Assembly (NCBI GenBank): GCA_038328165.1
Contig: JBBQLT010000010.1
Coordinates: 9,663 to 73,662 of the forward strand
DNA from: Gaiellales bacterium
Lineage (GTDB): Bacteria > Actinomycetota > Thermoleophilia > Gaiellales > Gaiellaceae
Length of the DNA: 64,000 nt
Reading direction: 5' to 3'
Made by a program: the position numbers and the translations under genes. Shown here in pieces: positions 39,129 to 50,531 of this stretch (position 1 is the stretch's first letter; each line of letters begins with the position of its first letter). The notes beneath the pieces were generated by a model, which had not been told where the DNA came from, made no database searches, and was given only the letters and a program-made list of their open reading frames with translations.

Positions 39129-39156
39129 GGCCGCAGCAGGCTATACAGTGACTGTG

Positions 39157-39399
39157 ATGGCCGATGAGCAGTCGACTGAGATCTTCGACGATTTGTACCT
39201 CGGGCTCCGAGCCGGCGGGGCGCTGCGCAAGCAGCGCCGCGGCGAGCCGCTCACGGATGAGGAGCGCGAGGCGCTCGGACGCTGGCAGCGGCTGTCGGCG
39301 TGGCGCAAGGGCATCGCGATCAGCGGGTTCGCGGTCGGCACCTTCGGGCTGGGCTTCACGCTCGGCGGCCTCGTGTTCGGCCGCTGGCGCAAGGCGTAA
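39157..39399 (+). CDS. small membrane protein (80 aa)
   Basis: ATG 39157, high GC3 and a C-terminal TM helix (IAISGFAVGTFGLGFTLGGLVF). Confidence 0.45.
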   Translation: MADEQSTEIFDDLYLGLRAGGALRKQRRGEPLTDEEREALGRWQRLSAWRKGIAISGFAVGTFGLGFTLGGLVFGRWRKA

Positions 39400-39408
39400 C
39401 GGGTTTCG

Positions 39409-40461
39409 CTAGGCCTCCGACTCCCGGGTGAAGAGCACCGTCGGGGTGTCTTTCTCCGCCGGGTCGACATCGCGCAGAACGACGTCGAACAAGGTGACGA
39501 GGACAGCCGCGAGCGGTACGGCGAAGAGCACCGCCCAGCCGCTGAAGAGGATCCCGACCGTGGTGACGGACACGAGCACGAGCAGGGGCGAAAGCCCCAC
39601 GGCGTCGCCCAGGATGCGGGGCATGACGAGGTAGTCCTCGAGCAGCCGGATGCCGAGAACGCAGACGGCCGCGAGTACGGCGACGTGCACCGAAGCTGTG
39701 AACCCGACGCCGACCGCGAGACCGCCTGCAGCGAGCGGCCCGATCACCGGCACGATCTCGACGAGCCCGGCGAACGCTCCGACGAGGATCCAGTAGGGCT
39801 CCCCGACGGCCCAGAACAGGAGAGAGAGCGCCGTGCCGACGAGTGCGATGAGGAGGACCTGTCCTCGGACGAACGCCCCCAGCTTGGCGTCGATCAGATC
39901 CCACGTATCGCGCACGAGCTTGCGCTTCGGACGCTCGATCAGCGAGCAGACCACGTCGATCGCCTTGTCGCGCTCGAAGATCCAGTAGGCCGCCGCGGCG
40001 AAGGTGAAGAGGATGCCGATGACGACCTCGAAGGCCGTCAGTCCCGCCTGCGCGGCGGGCTTCACGAGCTCGTTGCGCTTCGGCAGATGCTTCAGCTGCT
40101 TCTGCAGCGCCGCGAGCACCTGGTGCTTGAAGCCGGTCGAATGGCGCGTGGCCCGGGCGATCTGTGCCTTCCCGGTCGGGCTGAGCGCATGGTTCACCTG
40201 ATCGAGGGCGCGTGGTGCCGCAAACGCAATCGCGCCAACCAGCAGACCGAGGATGACGAGGTAGTGCAGCGCAAGCCCGGCCGCGCGTGGCACGCGGTGC
40301 CGCTTCAACCACTCGATTCCCGGCCGCATGGCGGCCGCGAGGATGAGGGCGAAGAAGAGCAGGGCGAGCACGAGCCGGAGCTTCCAGAGCGCGAGTGCGA
40401 GCACGACGATGGCGCCTGCGACCAGGGTGACGACCGCGGTTCTGCGAGCTGTGTCGATCAT
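39409..40461 (-). CDS. AI-2E (PerM/YhhT) family transporter
   Basis: About 350-aa polytopic protein with the typical ...VPVIGPLAAGGLAV... region. The start is set at MIDTARRTAVV (ATG 40461); the ORF-track start is 40569. Confidence 0.8.
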   Translation of the reverse strand: MIDTARRTAVVTLVAGAIVVLALALWKLRLVLALLFFALILAAAMRPGIEWLKRHRVPRAAGLALHYLVILGLLVGAIAFAAPRALDQVNHALSPTGKAQIARATRHSTGFKHQVLAALQKQLKHLPKRNELVKPAAQAGLTAFEVVIGILFTFAAAAYWIFERDKAIDVVCSLIERPKRKLVRDTWDLIDAKLGAFVRGQVLLIALVGTALSLLFWAVGEPYWILVGAFAGLVEIVPVIGPLAAGGLAVGVGFTASVHVAVLAAVCVLGIRLLEDYLVMPRILGDAVGLSPLLVLVSVTTVGILFSGWAVLFAVPLAAVLVTLFDVVLRDVDPAEKDTPTVLFTRESEA

Positions 40462-40593
40462 TCCGCAGGAGTTTCCCTCATCCGGCGGCGTGCAACGCCG
40501 GCTGACATCTCCGCCACCGGGAACCGAGTACCGGTTCTCCGAGACGGCAACCTGCAGCTCGAGCCTCAAACGCGCGTTTGCGATTCGTCACAC

Positions 40594-40606
40594 TTGGTCT
40601 GACCAG
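40594..40606. promoter_or_regulatory. 6-1-6 palindrome TTGGTC-T-GACCAg (GntR/FadR-type operator candidate), copy 1
   Basis: It is part of a 22-nt direct repeat TTCGTCACAC-TTGGTCTGACCA (40585-40606), duplicated at 40659-40682. Confidence 0.45.
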
Positions 40607-40669
40607 AAATCGGCGCCGAACCGCGCGGGTACTGGCGTTCCGAGAGCCTCGTTGACAGTTCGTCCACAT

Positions 40670-40682
40670 TTGGTCTGACCAA
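40670..40682. promoter_or_regulatory. 6-1-6 palindrome TTGGTC-T-GACCAA, copy 2
   Basis: Perfect palindrome. It lies 13 nt downstream of a TTGACA hexamer (40652-40657) and 122 nt upstream of the CHRD gene. Confidence 0.45.
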
Positions 40683-40803
40683 GGGACGTGGCTCGAAGGG
40701 CGGTCGGCCCGCGCGGGCACGCCGGCTCGTAAATCCGCTTGCGCGCGTTCTCCGAAGGACCGTCCGAGCGGGCGCGTCCGGCGCCCGGCAGCGAGGAGGG
40801 CTC

Positions 40804-41250
40804 ATGAGGAAGATCGCATTGCTGGTGGCGGGGCTGCTGTCGGTCGTCGTCGCGGCCGCGGCGCTCGGCGCAAGCTCCGAGACCTACAAGATCGCGGCCA
40901 AGCTGACGACGAAGGCGGAGGTTCCAAAGCCAACCGGCGCACCGGCGTCGGCCGGAGGGTCGTTCATCGGCACGGTGAAGGAGAAGGGCGCCACGAAGAC
41001 GCTGATCTGGAAACTGACCTACTCCCACCTGAGCGGCGCCGGGTTCGCCGCCCACATCCACAAGGGCAAGCCCGGCGTCTCCGGCGCGGTGCTGGTCTCG
41101 CTGTGCGGCCCGTGCCACAGTGGCCAGACGGGCTCGGCGCACGTCACGGAGGCGATCGTGAAGGCGATCGAGGCGGGCTCGACCTACGTCAACGTCCACA
41201 CGAAGCGAAACCAGGGCGGCGAGATTCGCGGCCAGGTGAAGGTTCGCTAG
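40804..41250 (+). CDS. secreted CHRD domain protein
   Basis: SD GAGGAGGG and a signal peptide. [11 protein letters not shown]...[17 protein letters not shown]...[18 protein letters not shown] matches the CHRD pattern. Confidence 0.8.
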   Translation: MRKIALLVAGLLSVVVAAAALGASSETYKIAAKLTTKAEVPKPTGAPASAGGSFIGTVKEKGATKTLIWKLTYSHLSGAGFAAHIHKGKPGVSGAVLVSLCGPCHSGQTGSAHVTEAIVKAIEAGSTYVNVHTKRNQGGEIRGQVKVR

Positions 41251-41303
41251 ACGCGGGAAGTTCGTGGGGGCCTGGGCCGGCAGCGGTGCGGGCCCCCCCT
41301 GTA

Positions 41304-41317
41304 CGAACACGTGTTCG
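41304..41317. promoter_or_regulatory. LexA (Cheo/SOS) box CGAAC-ACGT-GTTCG upstream of uvrA
   Basis: Perfect CGAAC-N4-GTTCG. It ends 5 nt before a TACAAT hexamer (41323-41328), which ends 8 nt before the uvrA ATG. Confidence 0.7.
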
Positions 41318-41336
41318 GTCGATACAATCGCCGGGA

Positions 41337-44188
<2,852 letters not shown>

Positions 44189-44192
<4 letters not shown>

Positions 44193-44398
44193 GTCAGCGG
44201 CCGAGCAAGCGCGCGGTGCTGCTCGCGATCGGCGCCGCGTGCGCGCTCGTCTTCGCTGCCGGCATGGCAGCTGCGTTCGTGAACCGCCATCACACGATCT
44301 GCTCCGACGGCAAGCCGCCCGTGCAGCAGCGCGGTGCTCTCCTCGGCCAGGTGGCAGTTCGCTGCTCGAACGGCCAGGTCGTCACACTGAACAACTGA
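44189..44398 (+). CDS. small membrane-anchored hypothetical protein (69 aa)
   Basis: GTGA overlap with the uvrA stop. One TM helix ([23 protein letters not shown]) and two Cys residues. Confidence 0.45.
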
Positions 44399-45009
44399 TG
44401 CGTGACTGGTGGCTTCGCGCCTTCCTCGTCCTCCAGCGACCGCGGCCAGTTTTCGTGGCGCTGCGCGACGACTCGAAGGAGTCGTTCGCCGACCGGGCCG
44501 AACCCGTGCTCGCGATCGTGCTCCTCGCGGGGATCGCCACCGTGCTCTCGAGCGCGACTGCCGGGCGACTGATGGACGACTCCTCCTACGACGGCCTGCT
44601 CGTCACGGTGTGGGCGTTCATCGCCGGCAGCCTCTACGGGATGTTCGGCTACTTCGCGTTCGGAGCGTTGTTGCACGGCGGCGCGAGAGCGCTCGGATCG
44701 CAGGGCTCCTATCGGCGCGCGCGTCACGTGCTCGCATTCGCAGCCGTGCCGATCGCGCTCTCGCTCGCGCTCTGGCCGGTCAAGATCGCGGTGTACGGCG
44801 AGTCGCTCTTTCGAAGCGGCGGCAGCGATCATGGCGTGGGTGTCCGCGTCTTTGACGTTCTCGAGCTCGTCTTTCTGCTCTGGGCGGCGGCCCTGCTCGT
44901 GATCGGCGTTCGTTCGGTGCACGGCTGGACTTGGTCTCGCGCCGGCGCCGCCTGCGCCGCCGCGATCCTCGTGCCCGCGGTCGTCGGCTTGACGCTCGCC
45001 TCGCTGTAG
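44398..45009 (+). CDS. Yip1-like polytopic membrane protein
   Basis: TGATG overlap with the upstream gene and five predicted TM helices. The overall pattern resembles the Yip1/DUF1282 family. Confidence 0.6.
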   Translation: MRDWWLRAFLVLQRPRPVFVALRDDSKESFADRAEPVLAIVLLAGIATVLSSATAGRLMDDSSYDGLLVTVWAFIAGSLYGMFGYFAFGALLHGGARALGSQGSYRRARHVLAFAAVPIALSLALWPVKIAVYGESLFRSGGSDHGVGVRVFDVLELVFLLWAAALLVIGVRSVHGWTWSRAGAACAAAILVPAVVGLTLASL

Positions 45010-45018
45010 CGCCCGTCG

Positions 45019-45093
45019 CTACTTGCCGGCGACCGACGAGACGTATGCGGCGACCTGCTTGATCTGGGCGTCGCTGAGCCACCCTTGAAGGAG
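45019..45093 (-). pseudogene. relic of the 3' end of a class I c-type cytochrome gene (24 codons plus stop, no start)
   Basis: The minus strand reads LLQGWLSDAQIKQVAAYVSSVAGK*. This matches the common cytochrome c C-terminus (...G.LSD.QI..VAAYV.S...). It follows the panB stop directly, and there is no start codon or haem-binding CxxCH region. Confidence 0.35.
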
Positions 45094-45993
45094 CTAGCGC
45101 GTGCGGACCTCTGCGAGCTCGTCCTCGAAGATCGCAAGCTCGTCGTCGGAGATCGAGTACGTGTGCTTCTCGTCGGGGAACGCGCCGCTCCGAACGTCGC
45201 CGGCGTAGAGCTCGATCGCCGCGCCGATCGTCGAGGCGAGGTCGGCGTACTGCTTCACGAAGCGCGGCGCGTGTCCCTCGTAGAGCCCGAGCAGATCGTG
45301 CCACACGAGCACCTGGCCATCGCACGCAGCACCTGCGCCGATGCCAATCGTCGGGATGTCGAGCGCCTCCGTGATCCGCGCGGCGACCGGTGACGGCACC
45401 GCCTCGAGGACGAGCGAGAAGCAGCCCGCCGCCTGCAACGCGAGCGCGTCCTCGAAGAGCCGGACGGCCTTCTCGGCCGTGCGACCCTGGGCTTTGAAGC
45501 CGCCGAGCATCGTGGCCGTCTGCGGTGTGAGGCCGAGGTGACCCATGACGGGGATGCCTGCGCCGGTCAGCGCGCGCACACGCGAGAGCGTCGTGCCGGC
45601 ACCCTCGAGCTTGACTGCATCGGCGCTCGCCTCCTTCACGAAGCGGATGCCGTTCTCGAGTGCCTGCTCGTCGGAGACCTGGTACGAGCCGAACGGGAGG
45701 TCGGCGATCACGAGCGGCCGCCGGGCGCCGCGCGTGGCCGCGCTCGTCAGCATCAGCATCTCGTCCATCGTTGCCGGCACGGTCGAGTCGTGGCCGAGGA
45801 CGACCATCGCCGCCGAGTCGCCGACGAGGATCAGGTCTACGCCGGCGGCATCGGCGATGCGCGCGGACGGCGCGTCATACGCGGTGATCATCACGATCCG
45901 GTCACGGCGGCGCTTCATCTCGACGAGCTCCGGCAAAGCGAGCTTGCCGGGCGCCGGTGTGCCAGGTGCGGGCTTCCGCGGACGGGTGGTCAT
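45094..45993 (-). CDS. panB: 3-methyl-2-oxobutanoate hydroxymethyltransferase
   Basis: RIVMITAYDAPSARIADAAGVDLILVGDSAAMV...VKLEG...GHLGLTPQ. Confidence 0.9.
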   Translation of the reverse strand: MTTRPRKPAPGTPAPGKLALPELVEMKRRRDRIVMITAYDAPSARIADAAGVDLILVGDSAAMVVLGHDSTVPATMDEMLMLTSAATRGARRPLVIADLPFGSYQVSDEQALENGIRFVKEASADAVKLEGAGTTLSRVRALTGAGIPVMGHLGLTPQTATMLGGFKAQGRTAEKAVRLFEDALALQAAGCFSLVLEAVPSPVAARITEALDIPTIGIGAGAACDGQVLVWHDLLGLYEGHAPRFVKQYADLASTIGAAIELYAGDVRSGAFPDEKHTYSISDDELAIFEDELAEVRTR

Positions 45994-46757
45994 TCGGATT
46001 CTCCTTCGCCGATCAGGACGTTGTCGATCAGGCGCGCCGAGCCGACGCGAGCAGCAATGGCGAGCGTGGGGCCGTCGAGGTCAGCGACTGCCACGTACTC
46101 GGGCTCGAGCCCGGCATCGCCGAGCACAGCTCGCGCAGCTTCGAGATCGCGTGTTTCGAGTGCGCGGGGAATCGCGAGCGCACGCGCGCGCTCGCTCGGA
46201 GAGAGGCGCGCGTTCCGTGATGAGAGCGCGAGGCCGTCGGAGTCTCGCACCGTTGCCAACACGCGGATCTCGACCGGCACGTTCAGGTCACGCACGAGCT
46301 GTTTCACCACGGCGACCTGCTGCGCGTCCTTGCGGCCGAACCAGGCGTACTGCGGCCGCACGATGTTGAGCAGCTTGAGGCAGATCGTCGTGACACCGCG
46401 GAAGTGACCTGGCCGGTGGAGCTCCTCGAGCCCCTCGGCTGCGCCTGTCGGCACGACCCAGGTTGCGAAGCGTGGCGGATACATCTCGGCCACGCTCGGC
46501 GCGAAAATGACATCGACGCCTGCAGCGTCCGCCATTTGCGCGTCATGGTCGAAGTCGCGCGGATAGGCGTCGAGATCACTGCGGTCGTCGAACTGTGCGG
46601 GGTTGACGAAGACGCTTGCAACGAGCACGTCGCATTCCGCGCGCGCCGCCCGGAACAACGCGAGGTGTCCCTCGTGCAGGGCGCCCATCGTGGGCACGAG
46701 ACCGACGACACCATGGCGAGGCAGGTCGAGCTCGCTGATCGCCCGCGCGACGATCAC
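45990..46757 (-). CDS. panC: pantoate--beta-alanine ligase
   Basis: VPTMGALHEGHLALF...VASVFVNPAQF...GHFRGVTT. 4-nt overlaps on both sides. Confidence 0.9.
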   Translation of the reverse strand: MIVARAISELDLPRHGVVGLVPTMGALHEGHLALFRAARAECDVLVASVFVNPAQFDDRSDLDAYPRDFDHDAQMADAAGVDVIFAPSVAEMYPPRFATWVVPTGAAEGLEELHRPGHFRGVTTICLKLLNIVRPQYAWFGRKDAQQVAVVKQLVRDLNVPVEIRVLATVRDSDGLALSSRNARLSPSERARALAIPRALETRDLEAARAVLGDAGLEPEYVAVADLDGPTLAIAARVGSARLIDNVLIGEGESE

Positions 46758-47404
46758 GCGCGCGTCACTTCCGCAAGCTCCTCGTACGCTCGCTCGAAGC
46801 CGGACCCATGAATTGCCGTGCGGTGCCGTTCGACGGTTTCCCAGTCACCTCGGGCAATCGGCCCCGTCAGCTCGAATCCGTTCTCGATCGTGCGTGTCAT
46901 CAGCGGCACGAGTGCCTCGGGCGGAACGCCGGCTTCCGAGACGAGAGCCGCAGCAGCCCGGTACAACGTGACGAGGAAGTTGGAGGCGATCGACGCTCCC
47001 GCGTGGTAGGCGGCGCGCTTACCGTCGGCGAGCTCGAACGGCCGCAGCCCGAGGGTCTCCGCGAGCCAACGCGCCCGGACGCGGCCGGCGTCGCCGTCGG
47101 CGGTGATCGCGCCCCACGCGCCGTCGAGTTGCTCCGGCCCGCGCGCGAGTGTGAGCGTCTGCAGGGGATGGAGGGAGAAGCGCGTCGTGTGCGGATCGAG
47201 TGCGGCAAGCGGTGTTCCGCCGGAGACGTGGGCGACCCACGGGCCTGGTTCGATCGCGCGCGCGACCTCGGCGATCGAGCGGTCGGGGACGCAAAGCAGG
47301 CGAAGCGCCCCGTCTTCGCGCACCGCGACACCGCGCTCGCGCAAGCGCGCTGCGATGGCTGAGCCGGCGCGGCCCGCGCCGATGACGGTGATCGAGTCGA
47401 ACAT
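46754..47404 (-). CDS. Rossmann-like / DUF2520 domain protein (first gene of the pan operon)
   Basis: ITVIGAGRAGSAIA dinucleotide fold and a C-terminal GPIARGD motif typical of DUF2520. It occupies the usual actinobacterial position upstream of panC. Confidence 0.75.
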   Translation of the reverse strand: MFDSITVIGAGRAGSAIAARLRERGVAVREDGALRLLCVPDRSIAEVARAIEPGPWVAHVSGGTPLAALDPHTTRFSLHPLQTLTLARGPEQLDGAWGAITADGDAGRVRARWLAETLGLRPFELADGKRAAYHAGASIASNFLVTLYRAAAALVSEAGVPPEALVPLMTRTIENGFELTGPIARGDWETVERHRTAIHGSGFERAYEELAEVTRA

Positions 47405-47498
47405 GAGGCTCCAGTTCCTCGCAGATACCGGGCAGGTCGTACAGTACGCGTTCCGTCCGGCCCCGGAGTGAAACTGCCTGGTTGGTAGGGTTGATGCG

Positions 47499-47705
47499 AT
47501 GCCGATCTACGAATACGTCTGCATGAGCTGCGAGTCCCATTTCGAGGAGCTCGTCGGCATGTCGGATCCCGATCCGGCCTGCCCCGACTGCGGCAAGGCC
47601 AAGGTCGCGAAGCAGTTCAGCACGTCGTTCGCAGCGCACGGCATGGCCGGGCAGCCCTCCTTCGGTGGCGGCTGTTGTGGCGGTAGTTGTGGCAGCTGCG
47701 GCTGA
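47499..47705 (+). CDS. FmdB-family zinc-ribbon protein
   Basis: [18 protein letters not shown]...CPDCG plus a Gly/Cys tail. TAGGGT hexamer lies 7 nt upstream of the ATG (leaderless-type). Confidence 0.85.
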   Translation: MPIYEYVCMSCESHFEELVGMSDPDPACPDCGKAKVAKQFSTSFAAHGMAGQPSFGGGCCGGSCGSCG

Positions 47706-49419
47706 TCTCTCGCTGCTCGCCTACGGCGACGTCGTCGCCGGTTGCACGAAGTGCGCGCTCGCCGCAGGGCGCACGCAGGTCGTCTTCGGCTCGGGCTCGG
47801 CGAGCGCGGAGCTGATGTTCGTCGGCGAGGCGCCGGGCTTCCACGAGGACAAGCAGGGCGTGCCGTTCGTCGGCGCCGCGGGCAAGCTGCTCTCGAAGCT
47901 GCTCGCGGGTATCGGTATCGAGCGCGACGAGGTCTACGTCGCCAACGTCATCAAGTGCCTGAGGTACAACGCTCAGGTTCAGCTTGGCGACGGTTCGTGG
48001 GCACGAATCGGCCGTCTGGTACGTGACCGGTATGACGGCACGGTGATGTCGGTCGATGAGGACGGTTTCCTCACTCCTCGTCGAGTAACCGGTTGGCACG
48101 CAAGCCCGTTGGCCGGGCGGAGAGTTTTCCGCGTGACGTTCGAGTCCGCCAAGCCAAACTCGAACGGCGGCGCGAACGTCGAGCTCACCGGAGATCATCC
48201 CGTGCTGACCGAGCGCGGTTTCGTTCCGGTCGAAGACATCATTCCCGGAGATCGGGTCGCCACAGGTCACGGGCTTAGCGATGTCGCCCGGGACGTCATC
48301 TGCGGCTCACTGCTCGGTGACGCCACGATTACCAGGGCGAGCTCTCACCTGCAGTTCGGCCACTCCCAGCGGCAGCTCGAGTACGCCCTTTGGAAGTCCG
48401 ACTTGCTCGAGGAGTTGCAAATGTCGTCGTCGCTCCTCGAAGTCGCGGCCGTAGTCGGCGGGACTCGAACCTACGGTGCGGTTCACGTCCGGTCGAAGTC
48501 GCATCGGGCACTACGGACGCTGCGAACGGATTTTTACGAGGGCAAGAAGCGCGTCCCGGCGTGGCTCGAGCACGAGCTCAACGATCGAATGCTCGCCGTG
48601 TGGTTCATGGACGACGGGTACATCCGGCGTCGTGCGAATGGCCGCTGCCGAGCGGAGATTGCAACGAACGGCTTTGATGCGGCGGATCTCCAAGTGCTGC
48701 TGCGCGCGCTCGCCCGCCTTGGGCTGTCCGCCAAAACATCGCGCGGTCGGATCTACTTCGACGCCGACACGAGTCAGGAGATTTCCTGGCGCATCGCCCC
48801 ATACACGCCGCCGTCAATGCGGTACAAGCTCGATCCCGCGGTAGCGGCTGCGATCCCATTCGACCCGGATCGATTCACGATCGCCGGCACACACGTCATG
48901 TTCGACGACATCGTGGTCGAAGACATCACCGATCGTCCCAGAACCGATACGACGTTTTTCTGCATCGATGTTGAGGGCACGCATAACTTCGTCACCGCCG
49001 GAGGCGTCGTGCACAACTGCCGTCCTCCGGGAAATCGCAACCCTCTGCCGGAGGAGATCGAGGCGTGCGAGGGACATCTCTTCCACCAGATCGAGTTGAT
49101 TCAGCCGAAGCTTGTCGCGACGCTCGGTAACTTCGCCACGAAGCTCCTCTCGGGCAAGCCGGCGGGGATCACGCAGGTGCACGGGCGGGAGCAGCGCGTG
49201 ACGCTCGGCGGTCAGGCCGTGACGCTCTATCCGATCTTCCACCCGGCCGCGGCGCTCTACACGCCGCGCATGCTCGCCGTGCTTGAGGCCGACTTTGGCC
49301 GCATCCCGGAGCTCCTCGGCCGCGCCGCAGCGGAACCGCCGCTCGTCGACCGTCTCGTCGCGGCCGCCCCGGCGCAGGAGCCCGCGCCGGCGGCGGAGCA
49401 GCAACTCGGCCTTTTCTGA
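47665..49419 (+). CDS. udg: family-4 uracil-DNA glycosylase interrupted by an intein (precursor 584 aa; about 230 aa after splicing)
   Basis: Exteins carry GCTKC, FVGEAPG, YVANVIK|C-RPPGNRNP and IFHPAAAL, the family-4 UDG motifs. The start is uncertain (GTG 47665, 47677 or 47689) and overlaps the fmdB end. Confidence 0.85.
   Translation: MAAVVAVVVAAAADLSLLAYGDVVAGCTKCALAAGRTQVVFGSGSASAELMFVGEAPGFHEDKQGVPFVGAAGKLLSKLLAGIGIERDEVYVANVIKCLRYNAQVQLGDGSWARIGRLVRDRYDGTVMSVDEDGFLTPRRVTGWHASPLAGRRVFRVTFESAKPNSNGGANVELTGDHPVLTERGFVPVEDIIPGDRVATGHGLSDVARDVICGSLLGDATITRASSHLQFGHSQRQLEYALWKSDLLEELQMSSSLLEVAAVVGGTRTYGAVHVRSKSHRALRTLRTDFYEGKKRVPAWLEHELNDRMLAVWFMDDGYIRRRANGRCRAEIATNGFDAADLQVLLRALARLGLSAKTSRGRIYFDADTSQEISWRIAPYTPPSMRYKLDPAVAAAIPFDPDRFTIAGTHVMFDDIVVEDITDRPRTDTTFFCIDVEGTHNFVTAGGVVHNCRPPGNRNPLPEEIEACEGHLFHQIELIQPKLVATLGNFATKLLSGKPAGITQVHGREQRVTLGGQAVTLYPIFHPAAALYTPRMLAVLEADFGRIPELLGRAAAEPPLVDRLVAAAPAQEPAPAAEQQLGLF
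47956..49017 (+). mobile_element. intein (354 aa) with LAGLIDADG homing-endonuclease domain
   Basis: Cys1 ([10 protein letters not shown]), block [20 protein letters not shown] motifs [10 protein letters not shown] (48301-48330) and [10 protein letters not shown] (48592-48621), block [23 protein letters not shown], and +1 Cys at 49018-49020. Confidence 0.85.
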
Positions 49420-49498
49420 CGGCACCGTCCAAGCCCCGTCCCGTTGAGAGGCGTTACCACCGTGAAACAGCGCGCGCTCCGCAAACCGGCATTGCACC

Positions 49499-49999
49499 AT
49501 GGCCGTGGTCAGACCAAGTGAAACGGATCGCCCACAGCCGGCTCTTGAGGGCGTGGCCTCTAAGGTCAGCGGCGTGGATCTCGTCACCGGATCGCCCGCG
49601 GAGACCGAAGCGCTCGCGGCGCGGCTCGCGGTTCGCCTGCGGGCCGGTGATGTCGTTGCCGTCTCAGGTGAGCTCGGCGCCGGTAAGACCACCTTCGTCC
49701 GTGGCGCCGCGCAGGCTCTCGGAGTGACCGAGCCGGTCTCGAGCCCCACGTACACGATCGGTCACCGCTACGAGGCACCGACGCCGGTTGCACATCTCGA
49801 CCTCTACCGCATCGCCGGGCTCGACGCGGGGCAATGGGGCGACCTCGAGCCCTATTTCGAAGGCACCGTCGCCTTCGTCGAATGGCCGGAGCACGGCGAC
49901 GACTGGCTCCCGCACGTCCGTGCGACCGTTACTCTCGATCACGTCGACGAGTCGCATCGACGCGTGAGGATCGACAGTGCAGACGATCTTGGCCTTTGA
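49499..49999 (+). CDS. tsaE: tRNA t6A37 biosynthesis ATPase TsaE
   Basis: GDVVAVSGELGAGKTTFVRG...SPTYTI...HLDLYR. The true start may be GTG 49574. Confidence 0.85.
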   Translation: MAVVRPSETDRPQPALEGVASKVSGVDLVTGSPAETEALAARLAVRLRAGDVVAVSGELGAGKTTFVRGAAQALGVTEPVSSPTYTIGHRYEAPTPVAHLDLYRIAGLDAGQWGDLEPYFEGTVAFVEWPEHGDDWLPHVRATVTLDHVDESHRRVRIDSADDLGL

Positions 50000-50531
50000 C
50001 ACCGCTACGACCTTTGGGGCCGTTTGCGCAGTCACCCCCGGCACCCGGGGGAGAGCGCTTCGCGCCGGCGATCTGCTCGAGGCCGTGGATTCTCTCGTCC
50101 GCGATCCTCGCGAGCTCGACGCGATCGTCGTCGGGCGTGGGCCCGGCAGCTTCACAAGCATCCGCATCGGTCTTGCGATGGCGCGCTCGCTCGCGCTGAC
50201 GCTCGACATTCCCGTCGCCGGCGCCTCGACCCTCGACGCGTACGAGGGCGGATTGCCCGTGCTCGATGCACGGCGGGGCGAGGTGTTCACAAGAGGCCCG
50301 CGCGTACTTGCACCCGAGGAGCTGGACGTGGAAGGCCGCACCCTGCTCGGCGACGGCGCCATCCGCTACCGCGCGCTGTTCGAAACGCACGGCGCAACCA
50401 TTCCCGGCGACGACGACCCGGCTCATCTCCCCGATCCACTCCTGCTCGTCGCGCGCGCCGGCCCGTTCGGTCCAGCCGGTCTCGTCGATCCGCTCTACGT
50501 TCGTGAGCCCGACGCGAAGGCGCGAACGTGA
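49977..50531 (+). CDS. tsaB: tRNA t6A37 biosynthesis protein TsaB
   Basis: ILAFDTATT...VVGRGPGSFTSIRIG, between tsaE and rimI. Confidence 0.85.
   Translation: MQTILAFDTATTFGAVCAVTPGTRGRALRAGDLLEAVDSLVRDPRELDAIVVGRGPGSFTSIRIGLAMARSLALTLDIPVAGASTLDAYEGGLPVLDARRGEVFTRGPRVLAPEELDVEGRTLLGDGAIRYRALFETHGATIPGDDDPAHLPDPLLLVARAGPFGPAGLVDPLYVREPDAKART

Noticed and set aside
39140-39156. The 5-1-5 palindrome ACAGT-G-ACTGT in the 28-nt spacer between the metallophosphoesterase gene and the 80-aa gene.
   Set aside because: It is too short to distinguish from chance, and I saw no second copy.
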